Source: a virus
DNA: 64,000 nucleotides
IMG/VR virus record: IMGVR_UViG_3300032213_002070
Span: 64,001 to 128,000 of that record
Strand: one strand, 5' to 3'
The notes beneath the pieces are model-generated. The model ran no database searches. It saw nothing but the letters and a program-made list of their open reading frames with translations, and had not been told where the DNA came from. The translations under genes were made by a program, and so were the position numbers. Shown one piece after another: positions 1 through 10,647 of this stretch (positions are counted from its first letter, which is position 1; every line of letters starts with the position of its first letter).

Positions 1-1190
1 GAATTAAATCTAAAAGATTATCTACTTTAGCGTTATCGTTTATCCCTTTATTTAATGCTTTTTTATCACCTCTAAATATGTCTTTTGCAAAATCTTTAAC
101 ATTTTCTTTAGAAAATTTTTTATTAACACCAGTAACTGGAATTCCGTGCCTTTGCGAATACAGGTCAGCTACTGGATTAAAGTGAACGCTTTTACTTGCC
201 AGAAAAGCAGTAGCTAAAGCGCCTGTTGATCTTTCACCAAACTTTACAGATTTATCAAATACATTAGTTGCATCGTGTCCAACTTCTTGTAAGATGCCTT
301 TTAAGTTTAAACTTTTTTCATATATAAATCTTTGTGATTGACCTAAAGTTGTTTTTGATAGTTGACCAAGTTTGGCCTCAGTCATTGTTTGATAAAAATT
401 TAACGAACTAGCTTTAGAAGCACCTAGAGCTGCGCCTGGTAGTATAAAGCCACCAAACTGCAATGCTGCTGCTCTTGCTATTCCTTTAGCAAAGTCTACA
501 CCCCTGGCAGGGTCATACCATTTTCTTTTTGGTCCTTCATCCTTTTGTCCACCAAAAAGAGGTTTATTTACATATTTATCTGCTGCATAAAAACCTGGTA
601 CTTCATACGGCATTTTTCTAACTTGTCTGACAAGTCTTTGTTGAAAATCATCGCGCCATGCCCAAACTGCTGCATCTCTATTTTTTGTAGAGTCTTCAAA
701 TAATTCATAACCACTTCTTGTTGAAGATTTGAGTTTTGCGTACCCTGTTGTTAGTACATCTTTTTCTAAATCTGTACCTTTAAAAACAAGACGAGTAAAA
801 CTTTTACTATTATTCAGACCATATTTAACATCGGCGCCGACTCTAGTAATACCTTCATATTCATCGAGAATGTTTCTTGTTTTTAGAACAGCGTTGTAGG
901 CGTTAGTTAAGAAACTACTTTGTTCAGATTTAGTGGCTTCAAACGCAGCTGTCGTTAACTTGCTTCCGAAGTTTTAATCCACCTTCTCGAACAAACTTTC
1001 CTGATAATTCAGCGGCTATACCAAAAGCCACCATTGATGCAACCATTTTTGCAACGGGATGACCATGCAAGGCGCGGGAGACAAAACCAGAATCTGGTGA
1101 TGGACCTTCTTCTTGTCCTTTTCCAGAACTAAAATCTCTTGAGGTTACTCCGAATCCAACGTTATGTATTGGACTACTATCTCTAATCAT
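1..1190 (-). CDS. Large tail protein, probable tape measure; runs off the window; +1 shift at CGGA 965-968
   Basis: ATG 1190 frame reaches CTT CGG (codon 75) and stops at 939. The +1 frame (GSKLTTAAFEATKSEQ...) is open to base 1. Lies directly after the tail chaperones and tube genes. Confidence 0.6.
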
Positions 1191-1206
1191 GCTTCACCCC
1201 CTTTTA

Positions 1207-1840
1207 TTATCTGCCCATACCCCACAGCTTTTGGGCAATAGGGTCATTATAAGTTGCTGCACCTTCTACCTTTGAGGCATTGTGCCTTGCAGCTGAGACA
1301 CTTTCCTTATTCTTTTCTTCTTCTGGATCTATTAGTGATAGCGTAACATCCGTAGATTCCATACCATTAATAGCTTGTTGAACTTCTATTACCTTTTCAG
1401 CCAAAGCTACTCTTTCGGCTAATTGAGAATAGGTTAAATTATCTAAAAACTCTGGACTATCTGTATGTATAGTAGCTAGAACAAAGGCTTTCATCAACCC
1501 TCTAACATGAGAAGCTTTTTCTCTTTTTTCTTCTAAGACTCTTTTGGCCTTTTTGGCTGATGCAAAACCAGAAAAGTCAATAACCTGTTCAGCTAATGAT
1601 GTGATAGCCCCAGGGGGGAATTTGTTAATATCAAAATTTTCAGGATATACAACTGAAGTATTAATAATAATATCTTCTGCGTCGGAGGCAGAAAGATCAG
1701 GATCGTTTTTAAACGCTGCAACTTTGTCAAATTCTGAGAATGTTAATTCTCTAAATATAATATCAATTCCGTTTAATGTTTACCTGAAAAACGGATCCAT
1801 ATCTTTTTTTTAATTGAAAAAGTTGCTCTGCACTTAACAT
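1207..1840 (-). CDS. Tail assembly chaperone-like protein 2 (~210 aa); +1 shift at CGGA 1768-1771
   Basis: MLSAEQLFQLKKRYGSVFQVNIK-CGG-AAT-TGA; the +1 frame GIDIIFRELTFSEFD... joins ORF 1207..1497. Resembles the neighbour's KKQHGEVYV...RVLSRLEY...EVLEASGF. Confidence 0.7.
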
Positions 1841-1841
1841 C

Positions 1842-2390
1842 TTAGAGCTGTCTTACCTCTAAAGCTACGAAGCCTGATGCTTCTAACACTTCTTGTGAAA
1901 TTAATGAAGGAAGACCAGCCATATCGCCTGTTAAAGCTTTCTTGTCGTATGAAGGAAATAAAATACACATTTCGGAAATTGCTTCTTCATTCCACATGTT
2001 GGCTTCAGCGTTTGTAAGCTGTCCAGCCTGCATTAGTGATTCCATCTTCTTAACTAAGTTCTTGTATTCCAATCTTGAAAGAACACGCCATACAACATGC
2101 TTATCAAATGAAATAGAAGTTACATAAACTTCACCATGTTGCTTCTTCCATTCTTTAACTTGGCCAGCTGTTGGACCATTATCAAAGATTGGAGTTTCAT
2201 CAGGAAGTTCTTCCACTGTTGTGGCTTCACCTGGCGTATCTACCATGTCCACTTGCTCACTTTCATTAGACATAATTATATCTCCTTTTTGAGGGTTTTC
2301 TGTTATCATTATAATTTCAGCACTTTGCGCACCAAATTCTTCTGCTAATTGTGCGTCATTTCTTACTACAACTTTTTTATTCTGAGCCAT
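1842..2390 (-). CDS. Tail assembly chaperone-like protein 1
   Basis: WKKQHGEVY...WRVLSRLEY pattern; between tube genes and the probable tape measure. Possible second start (AAGGAG...MSNESEQ). Confidence 0.6.
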   Translation of the reverse strand: MAQNKKVVVRNDAQLAEEFGAQSAEIIMITENPQKGDIIMSNESEQVDMVDTPGEATTVEELPDETPIFDNGPTAGQVKEWKKQHGEVYVTSISFDKHVVWRVLSRLEYKNLVKKMESLMQAGQLTNAEANMWNEEAISEMCILFPSYDKKALTGDMAGLPSLISQEVLEASGFVALEVRQL

Positions 2391-2441
2391 GGGAATCTCC
2401 TTGATCTAATCCACTATACAGTATAGCACATACTTTAACTA

Positions 2442-3482
2442 TTAACGTGGTTTAGTCGACTCAGTAGAGGATACTAATGCGCTTTCTATTGCTGTTTTAA
2501 TAGCGGTTGTTTTAGGAGTGGTATTAAGATTTGGAACTGATGCTTTTTGAGGATATGGGTTAGTCTTAGATGTAGCTTCTGTAAAATAAAAATCTCTTGC
2601 AATAAAGCTATAGGTTTCTATTAGAGGAGAGCCACCGCTTTCGTATCTAGTGCTCATATTCACTAGGTGAACATTTTGTAAAATTACTTTAAGAGGAGTA
2701 GTTTCAGATACTTTTATTTTACGTTCATTTATATCAGTTGAAATAATTCTATCTAGATTAGATCTTTGTGCTGCACTTGCGGATGCACTATTTGAGGCTG
2801 TTCCCACAGTGGTCAATCCTGTTTCCTCTACACCATATACTATTACAAAGTTAAAAGGAGGATGGGCGCTAAAGATATTGTGATCTCCACCAATAGCTGC
2901 AGAAGCAAGAGCTGGATCCGTAGTAATTCTATCTAATTGACTATTTGCCCAATACTTCTGAATGTTCTCTTCATCCTTCATGGATTCCGCTTGTGCTCTC
3001 ATGGTAGAAATAACACCTGCTGAATCCGATTTACCCGATGCTGCATTTGCCCTCATCGTAGCTGCCTTCTCAAGCATCTCTGTCATTCTTCTAGGATACC
3101 TAGAATAAACGGAAAACTCGCCTTGTATAACTCTTGTGCCGTTCATCATTGCATCAAAGTTATATGACCAGAAGCCATAGAGTGGAGTTTTCTCTTGTCT
3201 AATAGCAAACCCAAATGTAGCTATATCTAGCTCATCTTTTGGATCAAAGAGACCATCAATATATACTCTTACATCTTCTCCTGAAAAGAAATAATCATAA
3301 TAGTTACTAAAGGTTGGGTCACCTGTGCTAGGGCCGCCAGACCAAAGTAAGTCTAACTCAGCACTCAGTGGATCAAATGTTCCATTAGGATTTCTTATAG
3401 CTGGATTATTAGATACCGTATCCTGATAAGGTATATAACCGGAAAATGGTCTATATGGAGTAACTTTAAATGGAGTGGTCAT
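2442..3482 (-). CDS. Tail tube-like virion protein (paralog 3)
   Basis: YFFSGEDVRVY...RQEKTPLYGF...GTRVIQGEF...PPFNFVI...ETYSFIARD aligns with the two adjacent tube-like proteins. Confidence 0.65.
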   Translation of the reverse strand: MTTPFKVTPYRPFSGYIPYQDTVSNNPAIRNPNGTFDPLSAELDLLWSGGPSTGDPTFSNYYDYFFSGEDVRVYIDGLFDPKDELDIATFGFAIRQEKTPLYGFWSYNFDAMMNGTRVIQGEFSVYSRYPRRMTEMLEKAATMRANAASGKSDSAGVISTMRAQAESMKDEENIQKYWANSQLDRITTDPALASAAIGGDHNIFSAHPPFNFVIVYGVEETGLTTVGTASNSASASAAQRSNLDRIISTDINERKIKVSETTPLKVILQNVHLVNMSTRYESGGSPLIETYSFIARDFYFTEATSKTNPYPQKASVPNLNTTPKTTAIKTAIESALVSSTESTKPR

Positions 3483-3488
3483 ATTTAA

Positions 3489-4253
3489 TTATTTTCCTTT
3501 ATATATTTGCTCAATAAAGTTTTTATAATCTTGCACCCTATCACCAAACGCATTAGTAGACATTCTTAGTCTTTCGTTTTGTTGGGCCTGATATCCATTT
3601 GGGTATTTCATATCATCACTAGCCGTATCTAATTGTATCAGAGGTTGAAGCCCTCTAGCCATATAGGTGTAGGTTTGTTCTGTTATTAAGTCGTCAATTG
3701 ACATAGTAGATCCTTCGTCAACTAATGTAACTCCAAATATTTTCATTTTAGCAGCAAGTCCGTATTCGTTAAAGAATGTAAATACAACGTCGAATGGAGG
3801 AAGCATATCCGCTAGTGGAGCGTAGAATCCCTTGCTATCTGCTAAAATTTTTCTATAGCTTTCTATTCTATAAAATGCATATTCATTAAATTGAGTAAAG
3901 ATCATGCTTCCAGCTATTGTTCTAGCGCCCTTAACAAAACCTCTTGGGTTAACATGGCCTAAAGTTCTTACTGGTGAATTTTCCCTATGCATTGAATAGG
4001 ATATAGTTTGCAGTTCTGCCAATTCAAGGACATCACCTTCATCTGTGAAGAATCCATTTTCCCCAATTTTAGGGATAATAATTGTTGCAGTTATATCAGC
4101 ACCAGAAAATGACATATCTGAAAATGGATCTGGTAATCCATTATTTTTTCTAAATTGTTTTACACTATTTTCATAAGTAGAAACTCTATTTTTATTAGCT
4201 GTTATTGTGTTCAGATTACTGGCATCTGAAACATCTTTTGCATTAAAAGCCAT
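3489..4253 (-). CDS. Tail tube-like virion protein (paralog 2)
   Basis: SFSGADI...RENSPVRTLG..NPRGFVKGARTIAGS...LPPFD...MSIDDLITEQTYTYMAR. Confidence 0.7.
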   Translation of the reverse strand: MAFNAKDVSDASNLNTITANKNRVSTYENSVKQFRKNNGLPDPFSDMSFSGADITATIIIPKIGENGFFTDEGDVLELAELQTISYSMHRENSPVRTLGHVNPRGFVKGARTIAGSMIFTQFNEYAFYRIESYRKILADSKGFYAPLADMLPPFDVVFTFFNEYGLAAKMKIFGVTLVDEGSTMSIDDLITEQTYTYMARGLQPLIQLDTASDDMKYPNGYQAQQNERLRMSTNAFGDRVQDYKNFIEQIYKGK

Positions 4254-4272
4254 TTAGTTTTCCTTATAAATA

Positions 4273-4312
4273 AAATAGTGGAGGACGGCGTAAACCATGT
4301 CCCCCACTATTT
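4273..4312 (-). terminator. Probable intrinsic terminator after the tail tube gene
   Basis: Inverted repeat AAATAGTGG(A/G)GGAC...GTCC(C/T)CCACTATTT followed by a T-rich tract on the minus strand. Confidence 0.6.
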
Positions 4313-4342
4313 AATAGTTTTAGTTATTCGACTAGCTTATAA

Positions 4343-5032
4343 TTACGGTCTAATTATATCCGAATTCAATCCGCTAGAGGTCACTGCATCTTTGCTAATT
4401 AATGAACCAAGATCAGCAGAGTTGAATCTGTTAAGTTGGTCTGTAGCAATTTTGTACATTGGTCCTATTTCACGAGCAACGTATGTCATTGTTTCTTCGA
4501 TAACGATATCGTCCATCGAAGCTCCTGAACCTTCGTTCAAAAGTTCAACACCATAAATTGATCTTACAGCGGCTTGACCGTATTCGTTAACAAACGTAAT
4601 TGTGATATCGAATGGTGGAATTTGGTCTGCGTAATATGGAGTCTTGCTTACTACGTCTCTTGTTTGTGTTGAGACTTCAGCAATGCCTCTCTTGTGACTT
4701 GGATCTCCAGGAAGAGTGTTATGTGCTCTTGTGAAGAATTGCATTTCCGATGGTGTGTTGTGATGTGCTTCCAACATCTGGTAAAGAGCAGGACGATCAA
4801 ATACTGTGAATATCAATGATCCTGCAATGCCTCTTTTACCCCTTGAAAACGAACGTGGGTTTGGTGAACCCATTGTATAGATTGGAGCCTTTTCTCTTGT
4901 CACTGAAAAAGTGATTCCAGAAAGTGCACCTATTTCAACGCCACCAAAAGTGGCAACAATATCAGCACCAGAAAATGTTGTATAAGTATTCAAATACTTA
5001 TTTACTGAGCTGTCGTAGTATTCGCCTGCCAT
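4343..5032 (-). CDS. Major tail tube protein
   Basis: Directly after the sheath gene; GGAGG RBS; TFSGADIVATF...REKAPIYTMGSPNPRSFSRGKRGIAGS...PPFDITIT...MDDIVIEE. Confidence 0.75.
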   Translation of the reverse strand: MAGEYYDSSVNKYLNTYTTFSGADIVATFGGVEIGALSGITFSVTREKAPIYTMGSPNPRSFSRGKRGIAGSLIFTVFDRPALYQMLEAHHNTPSEMQFFTRAHNTLPGDPSHKRGIAEVSTQTRDVVSKTPYYADQIPPFDITITFVNEYGQAAVRSIYGVELLNEGSGASMDDIVIEETMTYVAREIGPMYKIATDQLNRFNSADLGSLISKDAVTSSGLNSDIIRP

Positions 5033-5083
5033 AGTACCCTCCTAATCGGTATATATAATTGCAGTTTGTGTTTTTATATTTAA

Positions 5084-6358
5084 TTAACCAAGAGCAACTG
5101 AGATTTGAACTTCAATGTTTCTAAGTTCAAATGCCGGTGTAATTACTAGGTCAATCAAAGCCATTGCTTCTTCAGGTGCGTATCTGATGTTGAAATCACT
5201 ATCTAAGATAGCGCCTAATTGCTGCATTCCTCTAAGGGATGAAGTTACAGATGTTTCCATCGAGTTTCTTACTTGCAGCGTTGATGGTTGGCCAATGTAC
5301 TTCTGGCAACTCTGACGAACAACCATTGTAGCTTCATTAACGATTCTTAAAGTTGTCAATCTTGTGTAGTCAGATGTGCTACCAGCAAAGGTAACGCCAT
5401 CGGAGAAGATTGGAGCCTTGTTGAAGTTAAGAAGTACGCAGTTAACGCCCTTGTCTGTCAATGCTGTGAGTAGAGTCTTGCTTGGGTTATAACGTAATGA
5501 AGAAATATTATAAACAGTTTTGTTTATAGTTGAAGTATACGAAGCCATTCTGCTAATTGCTCCAGCTAATGAGGTGGCACCATTTGTGTAACCCCAAGCT
5601 GCTGGATAATTTGAAGGCTTAAGCTCTGTAGCAATAACTACAACGTTTCTTCCTACTTCGTTCATTGCATATGTATGCTGTGCTGGTACAACAGCATTTT
5701 CTCTACTTGTCAAATTCGATATTGCTAAGTGTGTTGCAACTTGGCCTGGTGTCATAACTTCGTTAGCTGAACCCGTGTAAGGCTTAACGCCCAAGATTGC
5801 GAAGCAAGGTGATGTGTTTTGACTAATTAGGTTAACAACTTCACTGATCTTATATGCCCAGCTATTTGTTACGGTTGAACTGTTGTCAGCATGGAAACCG
5901 TAAATTTCATCCGCGCTAGAACTAAATGCCTCAGAAGGAGTTGCCGCCCAGAGTCCTGCTCTAGCACCACTACCCCAAGGTACGATTACATCTGGTTGAC
6001 CAGCTTCTGCAGCTGCGAAAGCATCTGCAAAAACGCTGCCACCGAAACTAGAACTTGTTACAGCGCCAGTGCTGTGGTTCCATACAGTATCACTTGGAAG
6101 TGGTACCATGAAGATTCTTTCAGCGCCTGAGGCAATCAATTCAACAAATGCTCTGTGACATCCAGAACCATTGCCAAATGCCGTAATAACGTCTGCCTCA
6201 TTTGTGCAAAGGACTACGTCAAGGTCAGCTACATTACCTGTGCCGTTTGCAGTGGTTCTTTTAGCAATCACTACGATTCTTGGTCCAACTGGACTATCTT
6301 GACGTGAGATGCTGTAGAAGCGATCTTTGATTATTGTTTTTACACCTGGTAGAGCCAT
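5084..6358 (-). CDS. Contractile tail sheath protein
   Basis: N-terminal LPGV; C-terminal YTRLTTLRIV...YIGQP...ITPAFELRNIEV typical of sheaths; GGAGG RBS. Confidence 0.85.
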   Translation of the reverse strand: MALPGVKTIIKDRFYSISRQDSPVGPRIVVIAKRTTANGTGNVADLDVVLCTNEADVITAFGNGSGCHRAFVELIASGAERIFMVPLPSDTVWNHSTGAVTSSSFGGSVFADAFAAAEAGQPDVIVPWGSGARAGLWAATPSEAFSSSADEIYGFHADNSSTVTNSWAYKISEVVNLISQNTSPCFAILGVKPYTGSANEVMTPGQVATHLAISNLTSRENAVVPAQHTYAMNEVGRNVVVIATELKPSNYPAAWGYTNGATSLAGAISRMASYTSTINKTVYNISSLRYNPSKTLLTALTDKGVNCVLLNFNKAPIFSDGVTFAGSTSDYTRLTTLRIVNEATMVVRQSCQKYIGQPSTLQVRNSMETSVTSSLRGMQQLGAILDSDFNIRYAPEEAMALIDLVITPAFELRNIEVQISVALG

Positions 6359-6405
6359 TGTATTTTAAACCTCCGTGAAAGGATTTCTTTAATTAATTCA
6401 AAAGA

Positions 6406-6413
6406 TATAGTAA
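6406..6413 (-). promoter_or_regulatory. Putative phage late promoter motif TTACTATA upstream of sheath
   Basis: The same motif precedes many structural operons (10626, 10998, 18111, 25085, 30556, 43183, 61605, 63063). Confidence 0.55.
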
Positions 6414-6468
6414 TGGACAACCTATGAAAACTAACTAGATTACAATTTTTCTGCTTATATTATATATC

Positions 6469-7266
6469 TTAATGATTTGGGTTTTCGCCTTGAAATAGAT
6501 CTGTAATATCAACTGTGACATTTGGGTCTAGCGTCACATTTGGGGTTGCGGCTTGATCCACTAAGCTCTTTTCATAAGCTATCCATTGCCTAATATCTAT
6601 AGCCATTTTTTCAATTTTATCCACTGCGCTTACGGCTATCTTTTCAGTAGTTAGAAGGTAGGTAACAGCTCTCTTAACTACATCTGTTTGATCCATATTA
6701 ATTTCAGTATCAGAAAGCCTTCTTGCATAAACAAATTCAGAAGCTCCTAATCTTTTAAAAACTGGAGTATATTCCAACATAAAGTCTTCAAAAATTTCCA
6801 TAACCCTGTCAGCTACCTCTGCGCCAACATATTGCCTCGAATCTCCAGCTATCTTTCCGGCATTTGCTTCAGTCATCACTGTGAAGGATATAATATTTTG
6901 AAATCTTTGGGCTTCTATAATGTAATATTTTCCATCTTCACCTATGGCTTTATCTCTATAACGCATCTTAGGTTCTTGGTTGTGTGCTCTTTTTAATTCC
7001 ATTCCATAGGCTATACATGGATACTGGGCAAATTTTCCACCGTACGTAGGGACTATCGGAATATCTGGATATGCATTTTCCCATACAGCTTTTACAAGTT
7101 CTATAAATTGTGGATAACTTAAGTTTCCATCTGCTTTTAATCTATTTTTATCGCTATCATCTGCGTAGGCGGGGTCGCGTCTTTTTGCTTCTGCAAACTC
7201 TTCCCACTTCGACGATGGAGCTAAATCTCCATCAAATCTACCAGGGAATGGAAATGCTGATGCCAT
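6469..7266 (-). CDS. Virion protein, possible tail terminator/completion protein
   Basis: 265 aa ORF between neck and sheath genes; positional inference only. Confidence 0.45.
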   Translation of the reverse strand: MASAFPFPGRFDGDLAPSSKWEEFAEAKRRDPAYADDSDKNRLKADGNLSYPQFIELVKAVWENAYPDIPIVPTYGGKFAQYPCIAYGMELKRAHNQEPKMRYRDKAIGEDGKYYIIEAQRFQNIISFTVMTEANAGKIAGDSRQYVGAEVADRVMEIFEDFMLEYTPVFKRLGASEFVYARRLSDTEINMDQTDVVKRAVTYLLTTEKIAVSAVDKIEKMAIDIRQWIAYEKSLVDQAATPNVTLDPNVTVDITDLFQGENPNH

Positions 7267-7267
7267 A

Positions 7268-9346
7268 TTAAGCCCCTGGTCCAGTCGTCACAGAAAAGTT
7301 AATATTTTTTAAACCCAAAGAAGAAATCAATCCTATTTCAAATATTAAGAATCCTCTTTCAGTTTTTGATGCATAGCTTTGAAGCGTATAGTCTTTTATT
7401 GCTCTTGTTGTAAGTAGAATGTCTAACATTGATTTAATTTGTGATGTTATTCTATCTTCTGAATTTTTTCCAAGACTATCATTACCTATAATCTTAATCT
7501 CATTTATTACCATTGCTACTAATCTCATTTGTGGAGCTTTGATAAATGAACTTGTTAAGTTAGCCATTGTATAATCATTGGTAATAAAAGATTCATAGGG
7601 ATAACCTCTTAAAGCTTTTCGACTTCTATAGATCGTATTGATGTTTAAATTATCTAATCTAGCTAATGAATCTTTAGAAAGATTTACACCATAAACAGAA
7701 TAAGCTCCTGTTATTCTTGTTCGAATCATTCCGTGATATACCGGATTGGAGGACATAGTTCCCGCAAATGCTGCTGCTGCACTACTCGTATAAGACTTAT
7801 TGAAACCTAAATGATTAAACGTTAGCTCTCCATATATTGGTATTATATATCTACCTATATCTGATGTGATTAATCCATTAGGGTCATACGTTGTTAATTT
7901 GTTTCTAAATATTGGATTAGATTCTAATATAGCTATATCTGAATTAGACATTCCATTTGATCTAGATCCTATAACTCCCAATTGTACGTATCCAGTTGTT
8001 GCGTTGAAATCATAACAATATACCGCTAACTGAGTAATAAAATCTACATCTCCAGTTCCTAAAATTGAAACCTCAAGTGGCACTACTACATCTATTAATT
8101 CACTGCCCTTAATAAGATTATACGTTACTGCTAGTCTTTCGTGATATTTTTCATAGAAGTTTAAATTTTTTGCTTGAGCGTTTGAGTAGAGAAATTCCAT
8201 AGCAGTTAATCTCGATGAAACATCTTCAACATATTCTGACATTGGTGCAACTGCAGCTATGTGTATATTTCTAGCTCCACAACTAAAAGCGTCATAAACG
8301 CCTCTTAAGAGAGGTGAATTCATATTTGCACCTAGTACATTTATGGCTTCTTGCATTGAATGAATTTTGGTTATCTCGTTTAGTTCTAAGCCATCTGAAT
8401 GCCCTAATAATAAAATTGAATTTGTAGTATTTGTTTCTAGAAAATCGTAGATTGGTCTACGTGAAACACTAGTGCTAGCCGTGGGTCCACTTTGAAGACC
8501 GGAGATTCCAATATTTTGATCGGCTGCATAGCCACCTATTATGTCCAACGCTCCTATTTGGATGTCTAGGTTTAGTGGAAAAGAAAATTTATTTGATGTT
8601 GGTACTGCGCTAATATAATAAGATCCATCTATGTCACCATAAATATCATTTACTGTAACAAAATCTCCTACTGATAAATTATGTGCGTTTTCCGTCGTTA
8701 AGGTTAGTATTCCATTTGAATAAAATCTTGATGTTAACGATCCAGTTTTCAAGGATAATCTTGCAGACACTTCAAAATTATGTTCAATAATTTGCTGTCT
8801 TTGATTTATTGTTGCTTGTATTATTAATGTATAATAACCGCTCGATAATTCTTCTGGTATAGTATAAATAAATTGATATTCAGAACTTGAATATCTATTA
8901 AAATAGAAATCATTTTTTAATGTTAATCTAGCTTTATGTTTAGTGTTGTCAAAAGATGATAGATTTGGTAATGTTGTTACTGAAGCTGTAAGTACTACAG
9001 TGTAAGTATTTGTAACACTCTTTACTGTATAGGATAAATCATACCCTCCACCAACACCATAGACTACAACTTCATCATCTACCCTAAGGGTGTGTTCAGA
9101 GCTAAAGGTGAAAGTTGGAGATATACTCCCAGATACTAATGCAGATGGAGTTATTCCAGAAATTCTATAACTTGAATTAAGCATAGACGTCACTGGATGA
9201 ATAACATTGCCGTATGAATCTTGACCCCTTATCACTGAGGCGTACACATCTATGGGTGACGCTTCTGCAATGGGATCCACATAGGATCCAGCTATTATAA
9301 ATCCAAAACGGAATTTAATGTTTTGACCATTAACAACTTTAAGCAT
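7268..9346 (-). CDS. Second sheath-like protein with N-terminal beta-rich extension
   Basis: Likely start MLKVV at 9346, overlapping the upstream stop. C-terminal half is sheath-like (SPLLRGVYDAFSCGARNI; AAAFAG; RLVAMVINEI). N-terminal T..H.L.V.D.V repeats. Confidence 0.6.
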   Translation of the reverse strand: MLKVVNGQNIKFRFGFIIAGSYVDPIAEASPIDVYASVIRGQDSYGNVIHPVTSMLNSSYRISGITPSALVSGSISPTFTFSSEHTLRVDDEVVVYGVGGGYDLSYTVKSVTNTYTVVLTASVTTLPNLSSFDNTKHKARLTLKNDFYFNRYSSSEYQFIYTIPEELSSGYYTLIIQATINQRQQIIEHNFEVSARLSLKTGSLTSRFYSNGILTLTTENAHNLSVGDFVTVNDIYGDIDGSYYISAVPTSNKFSFPLNLDIQIGALDIIGGYAADQNIGISGLQSGPTASTSVSRRPIYDFLETNTTNSILLLGHSDGLELNEITKIHSMQEAINVLGANMNSPLLRGVYDAFSCGARNIHIAAVAPMSEYVEDVSSRLTAMEFLYSNAQAKNLNFYEKYHERLAVTYNLIKGSELIDVVVPLEVSILGTGDVDFITQLAVYCYDFNATTGYVQLGVIGSRSNGMSNSDIAILESNPIFRNKLTTYDPNGLITSDIGRYIIPIYGELTFNHLGFNKSYTSSAAAAFAGTMSSNPVYHGMIRTRITGAYSVYGVNLSKDSLARLDNLNINTIYRSRKALRGYPYESFITNDYTMANLTSSFIKAPQMRLVAMVINEIKIIGNDSLGKNSEDRITSQIKSMLDILLTTRAIKDYTLQSYASKTERGFLIFEIGLISSLGLKNINFSVTTGPGA

Positions 9347-9719
9347 GTTGTGTATTTGTTTCCCTTGTTGCGCCCGCTGTCCAAAAGCTGATCTTGCCAC
9401 CTCTACCTCTAGCCGGAGCAGCAAAATCTATTAAAAAAACTTCTTCACCATTTGGTAGGTCTTCATATATTCTATCACCAGATTTAGGATTAGCATCGTG
9501 TTCAAAATAATAAATAACTTCAGAACTTACAGCTAGACCCTGTGGACGCTCTTGCATCGCGTTAGTAAAACCTACAGATCCTGGCCAAAAAGCTCTTACT
9601 GTATATCTTTGAAGACGAGAAGAATATGCCATAGATTTTCCATCTACTAATCTTTGTAAAAGAATATTGTGTCCCCAATTTCTTAAAAGATGACGAACCG
9701 TTCTTTTTGGATCAATCAT
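9339..9719 (-). CDS. Head closure/neck protein
   Basis: 126 aa; YYFEHDANPKSGDRIYE...RGRGGKI pattern; neck position. Confidence 0.5.
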   Translation of the reverse strand: MIDPKRTVRHLLRNWGHNILLQRLVDGKSMAYSSRLQRYTVRAFWPGSVGFTNAMQERPQGLAVSSEVIYYFEHDANPKSGDRIYEDLPNGEEVFLIDFAAPARGRGGKISFWTAGATRETNTQHA

Positions 9720-10599
9720 GTCTTCTTATTCCTCTTTCTGGAATTGGGTTTTGATCAGGTGTTTGTATTGCAGTTGGACCATATAGATCTCGAGGAGTGT
9801 AATATACTGACAGACCTGTATATGGGTCCATATTCCTTCCTGCGCCTATTGTAGGCATGGCTGGAAGCCCCTTAGGCTGTACTGCCTTCATTCCTGTCTT
9901 GGCTGTTAACATTTCTTTTCTTAACATTGCTGCTATTTGACACCACGTTGTAGCATTGGCTCTACTCAGGCTAACCCTAGGAAGACTTCTATTTGTAATT
10001 GATAAATCACCAAGTCTTACGGACAATTCGTCGTCTCCACCATTTCCGTATACTCTCGTCATTTCACAACATGTTGCTGCTCTAATATACTCAAGCGCTA
10101 TAAACGGTATGTGAGATCCATCTTCGTCATCTAATAAATTATAAATTCCTTTTATTTCAGTGGAATATGTATAAATAAATTCGCCTAATTCCAGCAACGA
10201 AGTATCCGGGAAATATGGTAATAGCAATTCTGGATCAAGATATAAGGGTTCAATATCTGGCGCAAAAAATATAATTTCATCTTCTTTAAGAAGGATGGTA
10301 GGCCTATAATCTTCAGTCGGAGTACTGACATATATCTGTTGATTAACATTTATGGTAGTATTATTAGATAATATTCCGGTAAAAGAAACCCTATAATTAC
10401 CAGCTGTAGCTGGTGTAAAATCATAATAATATTGGGATCCCGTTAATTGCGTTGGTGCAGTGGAAACTATAATGGCATTACTAGGATCATATATCTTAAT
10501 TAAAACAGATTGAGGGGTAACCTCAATCTGAGCATCCCCTTCACCGTTAACAAATTTAACCTTTAAACGTACGGTATCATTGACTAGAATAGTTGCCAT
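9712..10599 (-). CDS. Head-tail adaptor-like protein with Ig-like N-terminus
   Basis: Beta-rich N-terminal domain (YYYDFTPATAGNYRV); C-terminal SVRLGDLSIT. Confidence 0.5.
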   Translation of the reverse strand: MATILVNDTVRLKVKFVNGEGDAQIEVTPQSVLIKIYDPSNAIIVSTAPTQLTGSQYYYDFTPATAGNYRVSFTGILSNNTTINVNQQIYVSTPTEDYRPTILLKEDEIIFFAPDIEPLYLDPELLLPYFPDTSLLELGEFIYTYSTEIKGIYNLLDDEDGSHIPFIALEYIRAATCCEMTRVYGNGGDDELSVRLGDLSITNRSLPRVSLSRANATTWCQIAAMLRKEMLTAKTGMKAVQPKGLPAMPTIGAGRNMDPYTGLSVYYTPRDLYGPTAIQTPDQNPIPERGIRRHD

Positions 10600-10647
10600 T
10601 TTTCCTCACTAAAGATAGATACCCATATAGTACCAACTAAGTATAGT

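Noticed and set aside
1544-1813. Plus-strand 89-aa ORF (and likewise 59901..60110)
   Set aside because: Both are antisense to recoded minus-strand genes that fit their operons.
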